A stretch of 63,668 nucleotides of DNA, the filler included, from Octopus bimaculoides (taxonomy: Eukaryota), in the NCBI RefSeq assembly GCF_001194135.2. It is 10 parts of 10 records of this genome, joined end to end, with 100 filler letters (N's around TTAATTAATTAA, not from the genome) between each part and the next. Parts side by side here need not be neighbours in the genome. Positions count along the whole stretch, not along the records: positions 1 to 14,368 come from NW_026318743.1; positions 14,469 to 31,872 come from NC_068985.1; 8 more parts are not named here. One strand, given 5' to 3'. The notes beneath the pieces are model-generated. The model did not search any database and had not been told where the DNA came from. It saw only the letters and a program-made list of their open reading frames with translations. The position numbers and the translations under genes are program-made. Of the stretch, positions 12,751 through 24,905 are shown piece by piece (within the stretch, counting starts at the first letter, position 1; each line of letters opens with the position of its first letter).

Positions 12751-13740
12751 ATTAATTCCACTAACGATATTTCTACCTATGAAAATAAAGACATTAAAAT
12801 TGGTGGTAACGATAAACACAATGATTGTCCTCATTATAACCTCGTTGACAATAATATACAGACAAACGCTTTTTTACATAATAGAGGAGGTAACCGATAC
12901 TTAAAACCCTTTTTTAAAAATAATTGTAAACTGAAGTTTTTTAGAAATAATAACACCCACACAAAACCTGGATCTGATAAAAATATCTGGTTCATTATTC
13001 CATTTAGAAAACAGATTAAATCCAATCTAGCTTTGCAGTTCTGAAATGCTGTTAATAAGAATTTTCCAAGAATTTCTCACTATTTCTCAGTCATAAACAC
13101 ACACAAGGTTAGATCAGGATTTTCAAACACAAAAAATATCTCGCAAATAATATCTACACATAATATGAGACTATCAAATTCGTATCCAGGTGCTGATAGC
13201 AATAACATTAATTCCGACAATACAGACCATCACCATTATAACAATAACAACACAAATAATAACCTAAATAACAATAATTATAATAAGAAATATAATAATA
13301 ATAATTACCACAACATTATTATTTCGGAAGTTAATAACAACAGAATTAGTTTTTTAAGTGAAAATGCAAAATCCAAGAACACTGTATGTCAATGTAAAGT
13401 CACCACCTCCACCGACGTATCTTTTTACATAAGTTGCTCATCCTCGCAGATATCTAGAAGAATTTCAAACCATTAGTCTTCATTTAGGGATAGAAATAAA
13501 TGCAACAGTACGGGTCTTAGTAAGTTAATTTGGGAACTTAAGGATAACAATAAGCAATTTAATTTAGACTGGTTAATTCTCTCTACATCAATACCATACG
13601 ATAAAGGTAAGGAATTTTGACCATTATGTAATATGGAACTGTTCTTCATGTTATTCTCAAAGAACAAACTGGTTGATACGATTATTGAAAGAGCATATAG
13701 ATGTAAACATTGGCAAAGACATACATTTAGTTCATATAAG
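12750..13740 (+). mobile_element. Second PLE-derived element with Asn-rich segments and GIY-YIG
   Basis: Manual translation DKNIWFIIPFRKQIKSN...NTHKVRSGFSNTKNISQIISTHNMRL, then a poly-Asn run, then KNTVCQCKVTT..SFYISCSSSQISRRISNH and NSTGLSKLIWELKDNNKQFNLDW. Confidence 0.8.
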
Positions 13741-14489
13741 TAACTCCTACAAATTTATATAACTGGTACAATTTACCTATTTATTTATTTATTTACATAC
13801 TTCAAACTATAAAAGTTAATTATACCATTAAATGTTATCTGAACACTTTCTATCTTTTGAATCCAAATTAGGACATCCAGCACTTCTATATAACATGAAC
13901 TTAAACATTACTTTCAATATAACATAACATCAACATTACTTTCAACAATGATCAATACGATATGTCTTCATAACTTTATACTTTTGATTTCCTTGCTCCT
14001 TCTTACATCCATCTACCTTCAAAAAATATATAAATATATTTTTTCCCAACTTTATTATGTATTACATACTGCTCTACACAAAATAGAACCCTTTACTTTA
14101 TTTTATTCATAAGTATATCCTTGTATCAACACCTATCGAGCAAGGATATCGGAGTAAATTTTGGTACAAATATTAACTTAGTTCAAACAAGTAATTTTTT
14201 AACTCCATTAATTCTTTAACTTTCCCCTTCTAATTTCCATTTCATTTAATAACACACTTTCTCTCTTTAGATCAACAGAGCATTTATCACCTTTATATTG
14301 TTAAACACTTGATCTCATCTAGTACACACAAGCATCATTTTCCTATATAAATAACATTACCATTACCANNNNNNNNNNNNNNNNNNNNNNNNNNNNNNNN
14401 NNNNNNNNNNNNTTAATTAATTAANNNNNNNNNNNNNNNNNNNNNNNNNNNNNNNNNNNNNNNNNNNNAGTATGTGTCGTCATAAGCAT

Positions 14490-14608
<119 letters not shown>

Positions 14609-14849
14609 ATATATGTACGTATGTATATGCATGTGTGTCTATGTAGATATGTTCGAGTAGTATATTCCTGGGTATGGTATATAGCCAGTTAGAAAATTTC
14701 CATTGGTTTTACGTCTACTATTACACTTGACAAAAACTGCTGACTAAACAGACATGTTTCCCTGAAGCACTTAGCTCCCTTAATGCAGGAAATAAATAGA
14801 CAGCTTTGATCAACTTGATGATGAAAAGAACGAAACGAAACGGGAGACT

Positions 14850-15150
14850 TAGAAGTTAAGATATTCTGCTCTTCTGCTCTCGATCAAAAGTTCGATTCCT
14901 GGAGGTGCGTTGTATCCTTCAGCGAGACACTTTATTTCAAATTGCACCAGTCAACTCAGCTGCCAACAAAGAGTTGTATATACAAATGAAAGGGCCAGCC
15001 TTGTCTTAATATATGTCACACTGAATCTCATCTCCGTGAGAACTACGTTAAGGGTACGCATGCTTGTGGACTGCTCAGCGCGTTGCATATTAATTTGACG
15101 AGTAGTCTGTTTCGTTGACCGATCAGCTTGAACACTCGTCGGCGTATTCA
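14850..15150 (+). mobile_element. tRNA-derived SINE, degenerate (same 3' body as 50366-50748)
   Basis: B-box-like gttcgattcc, a CORE-like segment gagacactttatttc...actcagctg, and a body shared with the 50.4-kb copy (gaactacgttaagggtac). Confidence 0.7.
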
Positions 15151-15447
15151 ACGGAATACCAGTTTATATATTTATGTATGAACACAAACACATACCTTTT
15201 TCAGAGGGATAGAAATATTTTTAAAAAGATATTTTATATACATGTAGTCTTTACATACATGCATATATATGTGTGTGTGTGTGTGTGCGTGTGTGTGTGT
15301 GTTTATAATTATAATTTAGGATATCTAAGAGATACCACCACGCTGGAAATAGCAGTCAAAACTTGACTCTAAAACCACATTATATGTTCATATAGCACCA
15401 GGAGAGAAGACGAAGAGACAAAATAAACTAGCAAAAATTACTGGATA

Positions 15448-15506
15448 ATTCCAGACCTCGGATTTCTGGCTCTGCATAAGAAATGCTCTGCCTTCATCAG
15501 TAGAAT
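15448..15506 (-). ncRNA. Type I hammerhead ribozyme motif, solo
   Basis: Minus: attcta-CTGATGA-a ggc aga gcat(ttctt)atgc aga gcc a-GAAA-tccgag-GTC-tggaat. Stem I has 6 pairs including one G-U; GUC triplet. Confidence 0.7.
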
Positions 15507-15528
15507 ATACTCATAAAAGCACATAAAT

Positions 15529-15570
<42 letters not shown>

Positions 15571-15742
15571 CATACGATATACTTACATACACGAACGTAT
15601 ACATACATATATATGCATGTATGCACACGACCAGTTTAAATTACCTGCCTAAAAACTCCTCGTGCGATATGGTCAGAATACCACCGCAGTGAATATAATG
15701 GCGAAATAAATATATAAATTTATATAAATAAGGATAAGATCG

Positions 15743-15857
15743 ATATTTAAATACCGATTTTATCAAGTGGCCAGCATGGAAATAAAAACGATCAAAGGTA
15801 ATAATTATTTAAAATTATTACCATGCTGGCCACCTGATAAAATCGGTATTTAAATAT
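15743..15857. repeat. 37-bp inverted repeat (1 mismatch) with 41-bp spacer; MITE-like or fold-back
   Basis: atatttaaataccgattttatcaagtggccagcatgg (15743-15779) versus ccatgctggccacctgataaaatcggtatttaaatat (15821-15857). Confidence 0.9.
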
Positions 15858-16639
15858 ATATATATATCATAAAACGAAACAAATGATTATAACGTAAAAT
15901 AATGATATATACTCGGAAAATAAGCGTAAGAATATAAGACAAATTCAAAAATAACACTTACAAAAGAAAGGGAAAATTGTGATGAATATGGTGATGGCTC
16001 TAAACAGCATTTTTCCACTCCGAGAAAATTATAGCTAATATTTTAAAATCAACTGCTTTAACTTGAAATGCTTACTATACTTACTACACTGGTGTTATGT
16101 TTCTTACTTTATAATTCAGTATGCATAAGCCCACTCTCTTATAACTGTGTGTGTCTATTTGCATGCTATTTTTAGTTTGTGTTTGTGTACACAAATGCAT
16201 ATACGAATATAAAAGCACATGTATATACATATGTACATGCATACAGGAATATGTATGTGAATATGCTTGCGTGTATTGACGTGTTAATATATAGAAGATT
16301 CTTTAGATGTGTTAGCTGTAACCAGGTTACAAACTAATTATAAAGGTCCTGTGCAGTCATCCTTGTATATCTCGTTAGTCGGTGGAATGATATTCCGTTG
16401 TAATCCTTTTTACTGTCTTACTAATTAAGCAAATAAGTAGCTGAGACGTCAGAGTGGAATAGAATTTTTGTTTAGATATTCGATCTGGCTCTGTAACTTG
16501 TAGGTTCGAATCCTGCTGAAAACAACTATGTTTTCCATCCTTTCGAGGTTGCTGAAAATGTGCAACTCTGGTACTGAGTTCGAGTCTTCTTTCTCTCTCT
16601 CTTCCTCCTCCCCTTCTTTCTCTCTCTCCCTCCCTCCTC

Positions 16640-17710
16640 CCTCTCTCTATAATGGTCCTATACTTCTAATTCAATAATCCGCCCAGATCATAATGTGCTA
16701 CACTAATTTGGTCTGAGAATTGTCTTAAAGTTAAACTTGCCTCTGGAATACCCAGCCACATATACGATGTCTTCACAAGGAGAATGTTGCATTCACAAGA
16801 CCGTTTTAGCGCGGGATCCTGATTTAAGAGATTCTGGAAATTTAAGAACAATATTGGCCATGCATTTTCCATGTTGTATGACTGATGTAGCGGCATTGGA
16901 GAGAATGCAGTTTAGATATTTTGAGACAATCCCATTCATCAAGACTTTTCATAAAATTTATTTTGTTTTTTATTTTATTTTAGTTTCCTTCTGGTGTGCC
17001 TCAATTCTCATATCGTAAAATTTTAATTTTATTCTTTATATTTTATTTATTTTTACTTATTTTATATGTGATCACAGGAAGGAAATAGTGTTCTGTGTGT
17101 AACAGTACAAGAGAGAGAAAAGAAAGGTGCTGACTTTTGGCTCTATATAAAAGGAACGCTCTGATGTCCGTAGGAGTTCATTCTGTAATACATATGAGAT
17201 TGCTATCAACAATTACTTCTGTGTTTCTGATATTGTTTGACGAAATGTACGATTCTTCTGAGAAAAGGCAATATAGTTAAGCACATCATCTTTTCCAGAG
17301 TACATGAGCTCATATTTCTTTCTCTTTAGTTACGTATCGTTTATATCAACCATTGAAACAGCATTTATATCAGTTTTATTCGGTAATCAATTCCTTTGCT
17401 GGTCTTCTGAAGCTTAGAGTCGTCTATGAAGGTTACTGTCTTTGATGACATTGTAATATCATTTATGCGGACCGAAAGCAGTTCCTTAAAAACAGCACGA
17501 GTAATTTATGGTAGACTTCATCAAACATTGGTTCTACGTAACAAGAAAAGTTTAAACCAATTTAAACCAATGCAGTAGTTTCTCATGGTACCCAATGTAG
17601 AGTAGTTTTTTAACAACAGACTGTTGAAGACGATTCTCTCGAAGGCCTTGTTAAAGTCTAGATATATGACATCTGTTCTTGAGCCCTCTGCCAAAACTTT
17701 ACGAAAGTTA
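16640..17710 (-). mobile_element. CR1-like LINE RT remnant
   Basis: Manual minus translation gives KVLAEGSRTDVIYLDFNKAFERI, FIDDSK, and C-terminal WDCLKISKLHSLQCRY. Confidence 0.72.
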
Positions 17711-17734
17711 TCGTAGGTCCCAGGACATAACTGG

Positions 17735-17972
17735 TACTTAATTTGTCCACCATGAAAGGATAAAAGGCAAAGTCGACCTCGGTGGAATTTGAACTCGGAA
17801 CGTAAAGACAGGCGAAATGCCGCTAAGAATTTCGCCCGGCGTGTATAACGTTTCTTATTTCTTTATTGCTCACAAGGGACTAAACATAGAGGGGACAAAC
17901 AAGGACAGACAAAGGGATTAAGTCTATTACATCGACCCCAGTGAGTAACTGGTACTTAATTTATCGACCCCG
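17735..17972 (-). mobile_element. Two adjacent fragments of a tRNA-derived SINE family (also 22258-22358, 37352-37505 on +, 46725-46886)
   Basis: Shared ggtacttaatttatcgaccccgaaaggatgaaaggcaaagtcgacctcggtggaatttgaactc. Its reverse complement carries a B box (gagttcaaattcc). Confidence 0.85.
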
Positions 17973-18012
17973 ATATATATATACGTGTGTGTATATATAT
18001 ACATGTATGTGT

Positions 18013-18049
<37 letters not shown>

Positions 18050-18608
18050 NNNNNNNNNNNNNNNNNNNNNNNNNNNNNNNNNNNNNNNNNNNNNNNNNNN
18101 NNNNNNNNNNGTATAGGATAAAAATTGAATATTAATTTTTTACCAGTTCCCAGCGTGAGTAAAAATGTCCGTAGATTGAAAATATCAATATATTATATGT
18201 GTGTATAAGAGTTATCCACTGAGGAAAAGCCACTGGGTGGTTTTCCATCACGCTAGAAATGCGAGCTAAATCCCAAACCACGAAAAAGCTAGTCTTCAAA
18301 AACAAAACATTTTCGTGGTTTGGGGTTTAACTCAGCTCAAGTAGGTTGTTAAGTTGAGGCACCAAGTTCTCCCTAAGTTCATTCTGCTACAATAATAGCA
18401 ACAGGCATGTAATTCTTTTAATCTCTAGTTCTGATGAAAAAAAGTATAATGGTGAATCTTGTATGTTGAAAACTTATATGGTCTTATGCGTCCAAGGAAG
18501 ACGGTGTATTTCAAATTGATGTAATGCTTGCATTGATCGATTAAATGGAGCCACCCTGAAACGGCCTTAATGCACTAAGGCCTTCACATTCTCGTTACTT
18601 ATTTGCTT

Positions 18609-18641
<33 letters not shown>

Positions 18642-18797
18642 ATATTGCAAGATTTATTTACAACATTTGCAACAGTGAGTAGTCGCTGAAGCAGAAACTC
18701 GTGTAGGTCATTATAATATGCTGTATACAACTATAAAATAGATTTTGTGTATGTACAAGTCTCCATACTCTTTATTATTAATAATAATATTATTATC

Positions 18798-19686
18798 GGT
18801 CAGTTCAATAAGTATCCGGACTGTTGCCATAGTAACAAAGCTAAAACACGCAATGTAAAGCCGCTTTGGCACAGATTTACCTTGAACTCTGCTGCACATG
18901 TACACTAAGTTTTAACGTTCTAGCTCACTTCCACCTTCCTTCCAAGTAATGCTTAGAAGGAAGGTGGTGGCGTGTGATCGTCGCATTGACCATGAGAGAA
19001 AGTTAAACAGAGAATCTGCATCAAATTTTGTCAAAAGTTTGGTGATACTTGCTATGAGGCCTACGCAAAGTTTTCAAAGTTTTCATCGTTCTCGACACAA
19101 CCATAGAGATCTTTGCAACTGAAACCCGAGTGTCGTTTTGGTCAGCTTAAAGCAGTTTTGGCACAAACTTGGCAGACATGCGTCTCATACCCAAATCTTC
19201 AGTGATAATAGACTGATGTGTGAACCGTAACTAATCTGCACATCCTCAGATAATTCATGCATGATGATCCGACGATCTCCCCTCACAGCTGCACGCACAT
19301 CTGCTATGTTTTTCTCAGTTCTGCAGGTTGTGGATCTCCCAGGACGTTCGTCAATATCGACATTTTTTCAGCCATCTTCGAAACGTCTGAACCATTTGTA
19401 CACTTGTATGTGGCTCATACATTCCACTCCATACACTTTCTGCAACTTTGCGTAGGCCTTTGAGCAGGTGTCGCCATGACAGCTTTCTCTGTCATGGTCA
19501 ATGTGACAATCACACGCGACACACCTTCCTTCCAAGCACTTCTATAAACAGCGGAAGCGAGTTAGAACGCTGAAACTTAGTACGCATGCACAGCAGAGTT
19601 CAAAGTAAGCTTGTTCCAAGCGTCTTTCTTCCGTGCGCTTTAGCTTTGTTACTATGGTATCAGTCCGGATACTTATTGATCAGACC
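18798..19686. mobile_element. Mariner-derived chimera made of two left ends in inverted orientation
   Basis: Matching TIRs ggtc[a/t]g[t/a]tcaataagtatccggactg at both ends. Plus arm encodes QRICIKFCQKFGD. Minus arm encodes YAKLQKVYG...VYKWFRRFEDG...ERPGRS...MSAKFVPKLL. Confidence 0.85.
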
Positions 19687-20211
19687 TATTTTTACCGTCC
19701 CGCGAAGAGTACCCGGAATTACCGATCGGTAGAATTCACAGAATGACTAACAACTAAACCAGGACACAGACGTTAGATACTGATTGTTGTGGTTAGCTAT
19801 GGACATGACTTCAAACTGCTCTGGTCCAGGAGTTCCTCAGTATTGAGAAGTGTGGAACCAGCTCTTAGCTAGTATTGTTTCCACGTCTCATTCGATTCGG
19901 AGTAGAAGCACCTATCAAAGTCCCAGTTATCAGAGTCACAGAGTTAATTAGCATATTAACCCTCACAGTATTTGAGAGTTCTTTGGGAAAGGAAAAGGTC
20001 AGGCTATTCAACTCCGACAGCAAATCCAGAAGTGGAGACACCCAGGCAGTCCTGTGCCCTCTCTGATACTATTCCGGAAAATCCAGGCTTGGCGGGGCTC
20101 TTCAGCCCTGTGAAGCAATTTACCAAGGAGAACGTCACTCTAATACAAAACCTATAGCCTGCTGGTTATCGCAACTATCTTATCCCACTAAACCACTATG
20201 GTCAGATCTCC

Positions 20212-20375
20212 AGGTATCGCCATGACAACTTCCTCTGTCATGGCCAATGTGACGATTTCACGCTACACACTTTCCTTCCAAGCACTGCTGTAAACAGCGG
20301 AAGTGAGCTTAGAAGCTTAAAACTTAGTGTGCATGCACGGCAAAGATCAAAGTCAATTTTCTTCCAAGCGTGGAT
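20212..20375 (-). mobile_element. Third fragment of the same mariner 5' UTR
   Basis: Near match to 19465-19625, including ccttccaagcact..taaacagcggaag. Confidence 0.8.
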
Positions 20376-20509
20376 CAGATTGCACGAGTGATTCTCACTT
20401 TGAAACTCGTAAGCACAGGCAGGAATAAAACCCTGTAGTGTCAAGGATCAGTTAACAGCCACTTGAGAAATTGTCGTTCTTCATGATCTTCGGAAACTGC
20501 CGTCACCAT

Positions 20510-20586
<77 letters not shown>

Positions 20587-22562
20587 NNNNNNNNNNNNNN
20601 NNNNNNNNNNNNNNNNNNNNNNNNNNNNNNNNNNNNNNNNNNNNNNNNNNNNNNNNNNNNNNNNNNNNNNNNNNNNNNNNNNNNNNNNNNNNNNNNNNNN
20701 NNNNNNNNNNNNNNNNNNNNNNNNNNNNNNNNNNNNNNNNNNNNNNNNNNNNNNNNNNNNNNNNNNNNNNNNNNNNNNNNNNNNNNNNNNNNNNNNNNNN
20801 NNNNNNNNNNNNNNNNNNNNNNNNNNNNNNNNNNNNNNNNNNNNNNNNNNNNNNNNNNNNNNNNNNNNNNNNNNNNNNNNNNNNNNNNNNNNNNNNNNNN
20901 NNNNNNNNNNNNNNNNNNNNNNNNNNNNNNNNNNNNNNNNNNNNNNNNNNNNNNNNNNNNNNNNNNNNNNNNNNNNNNNNNNNNNNNNNNNNNNNNNNNN
21001 NNNNNNNNNNNNNNNNNNNNNNNNNNNNNNNNNNNNNNNNNNNNNNNNNNNNNNNNNNNNNNNNNNNNNNNNNNNNNNNNNNNNNNNNNNNNNNNNNNNN
21101 NNNNNNNNNNNNNNNNNNNNNNNNNNNNNNNNNNNNNNNNNNNNNNNNNNNNNNNNNNNNNNNNNNNNNNNNNNNNNNNNNNNNNNNNNNNNNNNTATAT
21201 ATATATATATATATTTATATGATGGTTTTTAAACTGTTTCTTAACGTCATTACGCTTCACTTCCCCATCTCTCACGTATTTCAACAATGTATCTCTTGGT
21301 TTAACTTTCTTGTTTAGACTCATGTTCATATTCATGTCTTCGTTTGTTTTCGTCCAGTTTGTTTGTATGAAACTTAGTTTGCAATGAAATGAACAAAGTT
21401 CGGTTTTGTTTAACTTTCTGAAACCGAGCGATGAAATACATAATGCATAAAAGATATTTTCTTTTCTTCCTGCTCGAAATTGTTTTGTAGACTTTTTTTA
21501 GAAAGATAAATCGATGTCAGCCTAATTACTGATATATGATATTGACGAATTATGAACAATACTTCAAATATTTAAGCAATGAAATGTATTGAAGTAGGCG
21601 TTAAGTCTCCAACAATGAGAATGTATCAAATTTAATTTTAAGTTGTGGAAGCAAGTTGAATTGATTAAAATTTGAATGAAATGGGAAGAATTGCTCTCAT
21701 AAAATACCTGTTCGCATTAACTTCTCTCTCGCTAATCTTCTCTAGTTTATTCACCAACATTTATCAATCTGAATTTAGAAATTAAAGCATTAGGTCCTCA
21801 GCAAAGGAACTTGCTCTTATCATTTCAAGTCGATGAAAAATGTGCTTGTATGAAGAATCAGAAATAACAGTGTCACCGTTTTAGATGCCATTAAAGTAAC
21901 TAGTATTGTATAACTTTCAATGGTTTCTTCAAACTACGATTTTTCAGTAACGTCGGCAACACGAGCTAATACAACTTTAATATGAGCAAGCGAAAAAGCA
22001 CACCATGTAGTCGCTCAGCCGGCTTCAAATAGCAGCCCAACCAGCCTCAAAATACAACTTTGAAAAAGGGCACAGTAAATACTGTGGTTTGGTGATATAT
22101 TTTCTGAAAAAAAAAAGAAGGGATGGTCATGACCTGAATAATTTTGATACTCGGTCTAGTCGGTCAAGTGTTTCCTGGGACTAAATATCGGTTTCAAGTT
22201 TTGACGCAAGACCAGTAAATTTGAAGGAGGCCTAAGGCGATAAAATCGACCGCAATATTCAGTTGGTTGTTACTTTATCGATCCCAAAACAATGTAAGGC
22301 AAGTTGACACCGGCAGCATTTGAACCAAGACCGTAAAGACGGGCGAAATGCCGCTAGAAGTGAGTACTTTTACTTCTCTTTTAAACTTTATTTCTATTTT
22401 AAAACGTATCGTATTTTGATATGCTCAACATGAGCAAAGTTTTCTCTCAGATCGGCAATACGTATCTCGTATTGAAACTGCCCACTCTTGTGGGCTACAG
22501 TTGTCTTTCAACTCATCGATCGGTAGACATCCAAGGGATAAGAGATAGGTGAAAGCTATTGG

Positions 22563-23100
22563 TTGAAAGTTCCTAGTCATTTCTATCAGATTTCAGGAAT
22601 GCTTTGGTGTGTTGACGAAACTGTTTCTGTCCCTCATTCTATCAATTCAAACGTCTCAGGTTCGATTTTGTCTCTTATTCTTCGTCTTCTATACATCGAT
22701 GATTTACTTACCAATACGTCCAACAACGTCCATTCTTATGCATATGACACTACCTTTAACTTCTTCCCAACATTCCTAAACTTCCTTCATCCACTCCCGG
22801 CCTAGATACCACGCGCCAAACATCTAGTAGTAATATCCCAATCGGGCCATTTTCAGCAACAAGAAAACACTAACCTACTCACATCACGAACATACCATCG
22901 CATTAGTCCCTTCTTAAAAAAGGATAAGCACCATTGCTCCAAATAATGGGCCACACTATCACTGAGGATCACTCTTGGCGAAAGCTATTAACATAGCTAT
23001 GACCGTATCCCATTGAATGGCTCACTCAAACATTCCCAACCCATTAGTCTCTTCATTTCTCAGCACCCTCGTTATTTCCAACCTAATCGATACACTTAGT
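22563..23100 (+). mobile_element. Degraded LINE RT fragment (CR1/L2/Jockey-like)
   Basis: SINSNVSGSILSLILRLLYIDDLLTNTSNNVHSYAYDTT resembles GVPQGS-L-P-LF-LYINDL...HSYADDTT. Confidence 0.65.
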
Positions 23101-23634
23101 TTTTTTGTGCTTTTAATTTTTTTTTTTCAAAGGCGGAAGCCCTCTGAATTCTTTCCCCTTTCAAGTCTCCCCTGAAAGTGGAACATTAATCACATCAATC
23201 TCGGTGGCCTGGGAAAGCTTGAAAATTTCGTAGGCGTCGCTTCTAGCTCCTAATCCACCGAGTAAAAGAAAAAATATGGATACCCTCTTCGCTTGCAAAT
23301 GATTCCCACTGAAAGCCAATAGTTTTATTGTTGGTGGCTGAAGCGCTGTTGATTCTGATGATGTTACTGTTATATCAAATATTTCAGGTGATATCACGAC
23401 CATAGCTTATTAAGGAGTAACAATGGTGAAAATAAAATCTTGTTTTTTCTATTGGAAACTGAAACTATGACCTTGCTTCCATTGTCTATGCTGTAAGTGT
23501 ATATGTATATATATGGTGATGCAATTAAACACGATTAGAATTGATAGATATAAATGTACATACATATCTACATACAAAAATACAAACATACATACATGTA
23601 CACATATAGATACATATAAGTTTATAGATAGATG

Positions 23635-23697
<63 letters not shown>

Positions 23698-23942
23698 CGA
23701 TAGATAGATAAACTAAATATATTCAGAAGATAAACGCATATGTACAAGCATACAGTTATTTATATATTTTGACAAAATAATTTACTTTTACATGGAGCAT
23801 AAAATCTACAGAAATTTAAGGGGATAATATATAGATTTTCACTTGACATCTGTTTCTGGGAGATCTGAATTAAGTAATGTTTATGATTAGCAGATAGACT
23901 GTACAAAATGTCAAGGATATGCAACCAGTAGATTGATGCATA

Positions 23943-24427
23943 ACCGTAATATCACCTCACTTCGTCAGGAAGAAAAAATATCTGACAGTAGTTCACGTCG
24001 TGGTGCAAGAGATTTAAAGGTTGCGTACGTATGTATGCATCTATGTATATATACATATCGTTAACTCACTTCATCTAGTGTAGTACAAATAAATAATTAA
24101 ACTGTTTTGTACAGTTCAACAAGGCAAAAGATCCTTAACGAAATTTGAACTTGAAACGTACATGGCGAAACGATGAAGGCCATAGAGACATTACCGCAAT
24201 ATCACCTCACTGCGTCAGGAGGGAAAATTGGCAGACAGTAGTTCACGTCTTGCAAGAGATTTAAAGATTGCGTACGTATGTATGCATCTTTGTATACATA
24301 CATATATACATATCATTAACTCAATTCATCTAGTGTAGCACATGTAAATAATTATTAACAATTCAACAAAGCAAAAGATCCTTAACGAAATTTGAACCTG
24401 AAACATACATAGCGAAACGGTGAAGGT
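23943..24427. repeat. Diverged tandem duplication, period about 250 bp
   Basis: aatatcacctcact...gacagtagttcacgtc...gcaaaagatccttaacgaaatttgaac occurs from 23943 and again from 24193. Confidence 0.92.
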
Positions 24428-24905
24428 TATTTAGTTACTCTGTAAAACTGGCTGTACCACTTCACTGTTTTCACACTCTAGTTAATATTAAGAAAACATA
24501 TTTTATATTTGGAGTTCGTGAAGATAATTCATAATTATTGAATATATGTTTGAATCACTTACCAGTTAGTAATTGATAAACAAGAATTATCACTTTCTAA
24601 AGATTATGAATAATAGTGAATACGTATCGCATTGATATGTTGCTAGGAGAGCTTTCGCTCTGTTTTACTTTTTCTAATCAAAGTTTAATCATTATCGAAT
24701 AATGAATTAGTACATGAAAGAGTATAATCAATGATACTAACTAAAGAAGTGTTTACTGCGTGATAAATAGGAGGTAATGAAACCGAAAGAAGCAAATTTG
24801 TCGTGTTGACGCAGTGGCGCATGTATGCCGTTAGCTGGTTGATATGAGAAGAGCTTCTTTGAATTGTGAAGGAAGCGACAAAGATAGAAAAAGAAACAGG
24901 TCTGT

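Noticed and set aside
14105-14170. 9-bp stem (atatccttg/caaggatat) downstream of the third PLE piece; also gaaacaattgta on minus at 233-244
   Set aside because: May be hammerhead vestiges, but the catalytic core bases are missing.
14413-14424. TTAATTAATTAA between two ~50-N runs, recurring at 31917, 40990, 48686, 51415, 55300, 57875, 59807 and 62534
   Set aside because: Identical word in identical N padding, with stops in all six frames: a scaffolding spacer, not biology.
20471-21335. Long ORFs through N runs and dinucleotide repeats (CVCV, YIYI, HTHT, LSLS, RERE) here and throughout
   Set aside because: They are open only because Ns and simple repeats lack stops.
21200-21335. Short Lys-rich minus ORF MNMNMSLNKKVKPRDTLL
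   Set aside because: No recognisable domain and no clear splice donor before the gap.
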